DNA of 11,046 nucleotides from positions 1 through 11,046 of the forward strand of contig DAHVLZ010000006.1 in NCBI GenBank assembly GCA_027320085.1. The letters run 5' to 3'. Origin of the DNA: Pseudomonadota bacterium. GTDB taxonomy: Bacteria; Pseudomonadota; Gammaproteobacteria; JAKAQQ01. A program made the translations under genes and the position numbers. Within the stretch, counting starts at the first letter, position 1; every line of letters starts with the position of its first letter. The notes under the pieces are model-generated. The model had not been told where the DNA came from, did no database searches, and saw only the letters and a list, made by a program, of their open reading frames with translations. Shown one piece after another: positions 6,587 to 11,046 of this stretch.

Positions 6587-7262
6587 AACCGCCCGAAAGA
6601 TCGTCCGGCGCGTCCTGGCTCAAGCCGGGATCACGCTCGCGCTCGTCTCCCTGTCCGCCTGCGGGTTCCCCGGTTATCACTTCCGGGACGGAACGACGCC
6701 CTGGTTGCCGGGCGGTGCGCCGTCCCGTTCGATGCACCCGAAGCAATCCCCGCCGCAGCCTACCCCCGAAAGCCCGGGCCGAAGCGATGCGCGCCCGGTT
6801 GCTCTCCGGAAGCTGGCTGTCGCGGTGGGCCGCTGGATCTTCCATGGCCGGACGCTCAAGACCGCCTTCAGCAAGCCCGGCACGTGGGTCTGGCACGCGG
6901 ACTGCCTCTGGTCGACCCCCGGGCGGCTGTTTCTCGAGTGCTCCTTCAACAATGTCTGGAACGGCAGGTCCGTCCGCTCGCTCGTCGTGGATACCTACAA
7001 CACCCACGATCACCGCTACTGGCATTACGAGATGTTCGAGGCGGGCGCCGGGGGACAACATCCCTTTGCCTCGGCGCTCTCGATTCAGGGTCAGGCCTGG
7101 ATCGAGTCCGGTATCGGCGGCAAGTCGCGGGTCGGGATCCGGCAACGGATCGTCTACCGTTATCAGTCATCCACCCATGTCAAGGTGGCGATCGAGCTTT
7201 CCCGGGACGGGATCCACTGGATTGTGGTCGACCGGGGGGAGGGGACGAAGGTGCGACCGTGA
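6579..7262 (+). CDS. Uncharacterised lipoprotein with Pro-rich linker and DUF1579-like beta domain
   Basis: GTG start with GGAGG (6565-6569), overlapping the wzi stop by 8 bp. Lipobox LSA-C. The C-terminal region LRKLAVAVGRW..G...DCLW...LFLEC...TYN...Y...ELSRDGIHW....G...K resembles DUF1579 proteins. The family call is from memory. Confidence 0.75.
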   Translation: MNETARKIVRRVLAQAGITLALVSLSACGFPGYHFRDGTTPWLPGGAPSRSMHPKQSPPQPTPESPGRSDARPVALRKLAVAVGRWIFHGRTLKTAFSKPGTWVWHADCLWSTPGRLFLECSFNNVWNGRSVRSLVVDTYNTHDHRYWHYEMFEAGAGGQHPFASALSIQGQAWIESGIGGKSRVGIRQRIVYRYQSSTHVKVAIELSRDGIHWIVVDRGEGTKVRP

Positions 7263-7348
7263 GGGGATCTGGGACAGGCGGCCCCGGAGAGCAGCCCCTC
7301 CCCGCAGGATGCGGGTTCGGTTATGCTGTGGGCCCTGTGCGAAAGGAA

Positions 7349-7368
7349 TCCCGGCGGATCCGCCGGGA
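7349..7368. repeat. Perfect 20-bp palindrome in the wza upstream region
   Basis: TCCCGGCGGATCCGCCGGGA equals its own reverse complement. No U-tract follows. Confidence 0.85.
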
Positions 7369-7419
7369 CGCGTTCGGGCAGGATCCGGATGGGGTGCGAT
7401 GGTTCCCGGGCTTCGGCTG

Positions 7420-8598
7420 ATGTCACACGGTCAAAAGATCTTCCTGATCCTCCTGGGTCTCCCGTTGCTTGCCTCCTGTTCGCTTCCGGGGCTGTATTTC
7501 TCAGGCCCGGTCCGGCGGCCGGGCGGCCGGGTTCTGCCCTACGTGATCCGGCCCGTGACGCCCACGCTCCTCGCACGTGAGGCCGCGAATCGGCGGAAGA
7601 TCGCGGTGGGACAGCCCAATCCCGCGCTCAGCCGGGAGATTCATGACTATGCCTACCGGGTGGGTCCACACGATGTGCTCGCGATCGTCGTCTGGGGACA
7701 CCCCGAGTTTCTGGCCTCGGCTTCGGCGGTGACCCCGGCTCTGCCCGCATCGGGTCGGATGCCGGCCGCACCGCCCCTCACCCGGACCCACGACTTCACG
7801 GTCCATGCCAACGGGGATCTCGACTTTCCTTACGTCGGAGCGGTCCGGGTGGCGGGACTCCCGGTGGGTGCCATCCGGACGATCCTCGTCCGGAAGCTCT
7901 CGGCCCTCCTCAAGGATCCCCAGGTGAGCGTCCAGGTGGTGGGGTTTCATAGCAAGACCTACGAGCTCGCCGGTGCCGTGGTCCATCCCGGTCTCTACCC
8001 GGTCACGAACGTTCCGCTCACGGTCTCCCAAGCCATTGCCCGTGCCGGCGGGGTGCTCCAGACCGGCTTCGGCATCCTCGGCACGAACCAGGGCACGGTA
8101 TCCCGCTCCCTCGCCGATCTCGGCCGGGTCATCTTCGTGAACCGCGGCCGTCGGGAGATCCTGGATCTCCGCGCCTTCTACCGGGACGGGGATCTGGCCC
8201 AGGACCGGCTCGTCCGCTCCGGTGACATCATCCGCGTGCCGTCGAATTCCTTCGACCAGGTCCACATCATCGGCGAGGTGATGCATCCGGGCGACTACCC
8301 CATGTACGGCGGTCACCTGAACCTGGCCGAGGCGCTGGGCGATGCCGGGGGTCTCGACCTCACGACCGCGAACCCCTCGCGCATCTTCGTCTTCCGCGGG
8401 GCCTATGAAAAGCCCAAAATCTACTGGTTGAACGCCCGCTCGCCGCTCACCATGCTCCTCGCGAACCAGTTCGCGCTCGAGCCCCAGGACGTGATCTATG
8501 TCGCGACCTCTCCGGTGAGCGCCTGGAACCGCATCGTGAGCCAGATCCTGCCCACGGTGGAAACCCTCTATGAGACCAAGGTCCTCACGAACTACTGA
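7420..8598 (+). CDS. wza: Polysaccharide export outer-membrane lipoprotein Wza (OPX family)
   Basis: Lipobox LAS-C-SLPG. PES motif YRVGPHDVLAIVVWGHPE...V.ANGDLDFPYVG.V.VAG...L.DPQVSV, SLBB repeats, and C-terminal L.PQDVIYV...PVSAWNRIVSQILPT helix. The real start is ATG 7420 (alternative 7399), not 6583. Confidence 0.95.
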   Translation: MSHGQKIFLILLGLPLLASCSLPGLYFSGPVRRPGGRVLPYVIRPVTPTLLAREAANRRKIAVGQPNPALSREIHDYAYRVGPHDVLAIVVWGHPEFLASASAVTPALPASGRMPAAPPLTRTHDFTVHANGDLDFPYVGAVRVAGLPVGAIRTILVRKLSALLKDPQVSVQVVGFHSKTYELAGAVVHPGLYPVTNVPLTVSQAIARAGGVLQTGFGILGTNQGTVSRSLADLGRVIFVNRGRREILDLRAFYRDGDLAQDRLVRSGDIIRVPSNSFDQVHIIGEVMHPGDYPMYGGHLNLAEALGDAGGLDLTTANPSRIFVFRGAYEKPKIYWLNARSPLTMLLANQFALEPQDVIYVATSPVSAWNRIVSQILPTVETLYETKVLTNY

Positions 8599-8601
8599 CG
8601 C

Positions 8602-10770
8602 ATGAACGAAAGCCATCCGAAGCCACCCGAGCGCACCCCCCCGAGGAGGGAGGCTCCCGCGCCCTTCGACCTCCACGAGCTCATCGCGCTCCTCTACCGC
8701 GAACGTTGGCTCGGTCTCTCGATCTTTACAGTCGTCTTCGCGCTCTTCATTCTCTATGCCTTCCTGGCCACCCCCATCTACCGCGCCGACGCCCTCCTCA
8801 AGGTCGAAAAACAGCCGAGCGCCCTCTCCGGGGCGAGTGCACTCCTCGGGGGACTGTTCCCCTCGGGCGCCTCGACCCAGGCGGAGATCGATATCCTGCG
8901 CTCACGCGCGGTTCTCATGCCGGCCGTGCGCCAGCTGGGACTCGACATCGCGATCGAAAGCCCCCAAGGAAATCGTTATGACGCCCTCCGCGCCCGCATC
9001 GAAAAGCGCTCACTCATGCTCCAGCGCCTGGATGTCCCGGCCGGGCTGCGCGGCAAAAAACTCAGGTTGATCACGGGCACGGGAGGGGAGTTCCGGATCG
9101 AGTCCCCGGAGGGGAAGCTCCTCCTGGCCGGCCGGGTGGGTGTCCCCGTACGTTTGCCGGGCTGGTCCGTTTGGGTGACCCGCCTGGTGGGGCATCCCGG
9201 CCGGACGTTCCGGGTCGAGCGCATCCCGGCTGAAGCGGCGGTGATGGGACTTCGTGCCGGGATCTCCGCAGTCGAACTCGGCGTGCGCACGGGAATCATC
9301 GCACTCGCGTTGGATGGTCCCCACCCGCGCTGGCTCGCAAAGGTCGTGGACACGCTCGTTCACGAGTACCGCATCCAGAACGTGAGAGCCAAAGCGGCCC
9401 AGGCCCGTGAGAGCCTTGCGTTCATCGATCACCAGCTTCCACGGCTCAAGCGGCGCCTCACGCAGGCGGAAACGCGCTACAACCACTACCGGGCACAGAA
9501 CCACATCATCGACGTGAGTGCCCAGACCCGGTCGCTTCTCGCGGAGGCAACGAGTCTCGAGGAGGTGCTCACCGAGCTCCGGCTCCGCCTGGCCGATCTC
9601 TCCCAGTCCTACGAGCCGGGCTTCCCCCTCATGCGCGCACTCCTGCAGGAGGATCGCGAACTCGAAGCACAGAAGAAGACATTGCGCACCCGTATCGAAT
9701 CCCTTCCGCTCAAGCAGCAGGAGTACATCCGGCTCCGGCGCAACGTCGAGATCTACACCCGCCTCTACATGGCACTCCTCGCGAAAGCCCAGGATCTCGA
9801 GGTCGAGCGGGCCGGAACCGTGGGGAACGTCCGGGTCGTCGAGTATGCGGTTGTGCCCGCAATGCCCATCAAACCGGACCGTCACCTGCTCGCGATCCTG
9901 GGGGTTCTTCTGGGCGGAGGGCTGGCCTTGGCCGCCATCTTCCTCAAGCGGGCCCTTGTTCAGGGCGTCGGCAATCCCGAAACCATCGAAGACGAGTTCG
10001 GACTGCCCATTTTTGCCCTGATCCCGCATAGCACGCGTGAAGCTCGGGGAACCCGCCGCGCAGCCCGTACCGCAACACTCCCCCTCCTTGCCAAGGTCTT
10101 TCCTGAAGACCCTGCTGTCGAGGCCATTCGCAGTCTTCGGATCAGCCTGGATTTCGCCTCCCCGAAGACTCCTTCACCCATCATCGCTTTCGGGGGACCT
10201 AGGAGGGGAATCGGAAAAACAGTCCTTTCCGTCAACCTGGCCTGCGTGCTGGCTGAAGCTGGCGAGAGAGTGCTCTTGGTCGATACCGACTGCCACAAGG
10301 GCCATGCCCACCGTTATTTCGCTGCAGCACCGGGTCCCGGCCTCATCGATCTTCTCCGGGACGGAGGCGATTGGCACCAGGTGCTCAAACCCCATCCCGC
10401 GGAAAGCCGTCTGATGCTCCTGCCAGCCGGTACCCGCATCGCCCATCCCGAGCACCTGCTCGAGGGGGAAGGGTTCGGGAAACTGCTCGGGGAGCTCCGG
10501 GAAAACTTCGATGCCCTCGTTCTCGATCTTCCTCCCTATCTCGGGGTCACGGATGGATTTTTCGTGGCCCAGCGCGCTCCGGTCAATCTCCTGGTCCTCA
10601 AGGCGGGTGTGCATGCGCTTTCGGAAATCCGGTTCGTCGTGAAAAAGCTGGATCAAGCCGGCATCCGTCTTTCGGGCTTTGTCATGAACGATCTCGGCCC
10701 CGGCATGGGCGCCTACCGCTACTACGGGTACGGCTATGGCGACCGGCGCGACAAGCCGGTGGGTAGTTGA
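8602..10770 (+). CDS. wzc: Polysaccharide co-polymerase / BY tyrosine autokinase Wzc
   Basis: TM1 followed by TPIYRADALLKVE, EIDILRSR, coiled coils, GNVRVV motif, TM2, EAIRSLR, Walker A GGPRRGIGKT, Walker A' LLVDTD, Walker B LVLDLPP and C-terminal tyrosine cluster AYRYYGYGY. Confidence 0.96.
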   Translation: MNESHPKPPERTPPRREAPAPFDLHELIALLYRERWLGLSIFTVVFALFILYAFLATPIYRADALLKVEKQPSALSGASALLGGLFPSGASTQAEIDILRSRAVLMPAVRQLGLDIAIESPQGNRYDALRARIEKRSLMLQRLDVPAGLRGKKLRLITGTGGEFRIESPEGKLLLAGRVGVPVRLPGWSVWVTRLVGHPGRTFRVERIPAEAAVMGLRAGISAVELGVRTGIIALALDGPHPRWLAKVVDTLVHEYRIQNVRAKAAQARESLAFIDHQLPRLKRRLTQAETRYNHYRAQNHIIDVSAQTRSLLAEATSLEEVLTELRLRLADLSQSYEPGFPLMRALLQEDRELEAQKKTLRTRIESLPLKQQEYIRLRRNVEIYTRLYMALLAKAQDLEVERAGTVGNVRVVEYAVVPAMPIKPDRHLLAILGVLLGGGLALAAIFLKRALVQGVGNPETIEDEFGLPIFALIPHSTREARGTRRAARTATLPLLAKVFPEDPAVEAIRSLRISLDFASPKTPSPIIAFGGPRRGIGKTVLSVNLACVLAEAGERVLLVDTDCHKGHAHRYFAAAPGPGLIDLLRDGGDWHQVLKPHPAESRLMLLPAGTRIAHPEHLLEGEGFGKLLGELRENFDALVLDLPPYLGVTDGFFVAQRAPVNLLVLKAGVHALSEIRFVVKKLDQAGIRLSGFVMNDLGPGMGAYRYYGYGYGDRRDKPVGS

Positions 10771-10785
10771 GAAAAGGAACCTCTT

Positions 10786-11046
10786 ATGTGCGGACTTGTG
10801 CTCCTGGCCCGGCATACCGGACCGATCGGTGAAGCCGATCGGGAGGCTGGCCGCCGCATGCTTGAGTGTCTGGCCCGGAGAGGCCCCGACGGCTCCGGAG
10901 AATGGATGGATCCTGAATCAGGGGTTTACTTCGGCCATCGCCGGCTTGCCGTGATCGACCCCGACCCCGAGGCGGATCAACCCTTCCATTGGCCGGAGGC
11001 GGGTCTGAGCCTCGTCTTCAACGGTGAGATTTACAACTGGCAGGAA
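10786..11046 (+). CDS. asnB: Asparagine synthase (glutamine-hydrolysing)-family amidotransferase, N-terminal part (runs off the window)
   Basis: Hand translation: MCGLV...LARRGPDGSG...FGHRRLAVIDP...DQPF...VFNGEIYNWQE, a class II (Ntn) glutamine amidotransferase with N-terminal Cys. RBS AAGGA upstream; starts 15 bp after the wzc stop. Confidence 0.93.
   Translation, partial: MCGLVLLARHTGPIGEADREAGRRMLECLARRGPDGSGEWMDPESGVYFGHRRLAVIDPDPEADQPFHWPEAGLSLVFNGEIYNWQE

Noticed and set aside
6583-7419. 671-aa Wza ORF, suggesting a large N-terminal fusion or dual coding
   Set aside because: The upstream part is Arg/Ser/Pro-rich shadow translation overlapping the real lipoprotein gene. The Wza signal peptide and lipobox begin at 7420.

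Overview
GC-rich, proteobacterial-type chromosomal window. At the left edge, what appears to be the left end of an IS630-family insertion sequence has inserted at a TA and truncated a secreted YVTN beta-propeller gene; the ORF track missed the IS. Next come mpl (murein peptide ligase), a toxin-first PIN/RHH toxin-antitoxin pair with a near-perfect 28-bp palindrome over its promoter, a CtaG-type cytochrome c oxidase assembly gene and a convergent DUF167/YggU gene. After about 0.5-0.7 kb of non-coding or ambiguous DNA, a group-1-like capsule/EPS locus begins: wzi, an uncharacterised DUF1579-like lipoprotein, wza, wzc (no wzb between them) and an AsnB-type amidotransferase running off the right edge (also missed by the track). 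I see no clearly new multi-gene system. The best leads are the DUF1579-like lipoprotein with a Wza-like N-terminus inside the export module, GGA-rich hairpin leaders before wza and wzi that suggest CsrA/RsmA control, and a probably leaderless toxin gene. Family assignments come from motif recognition by eye, not database searches.
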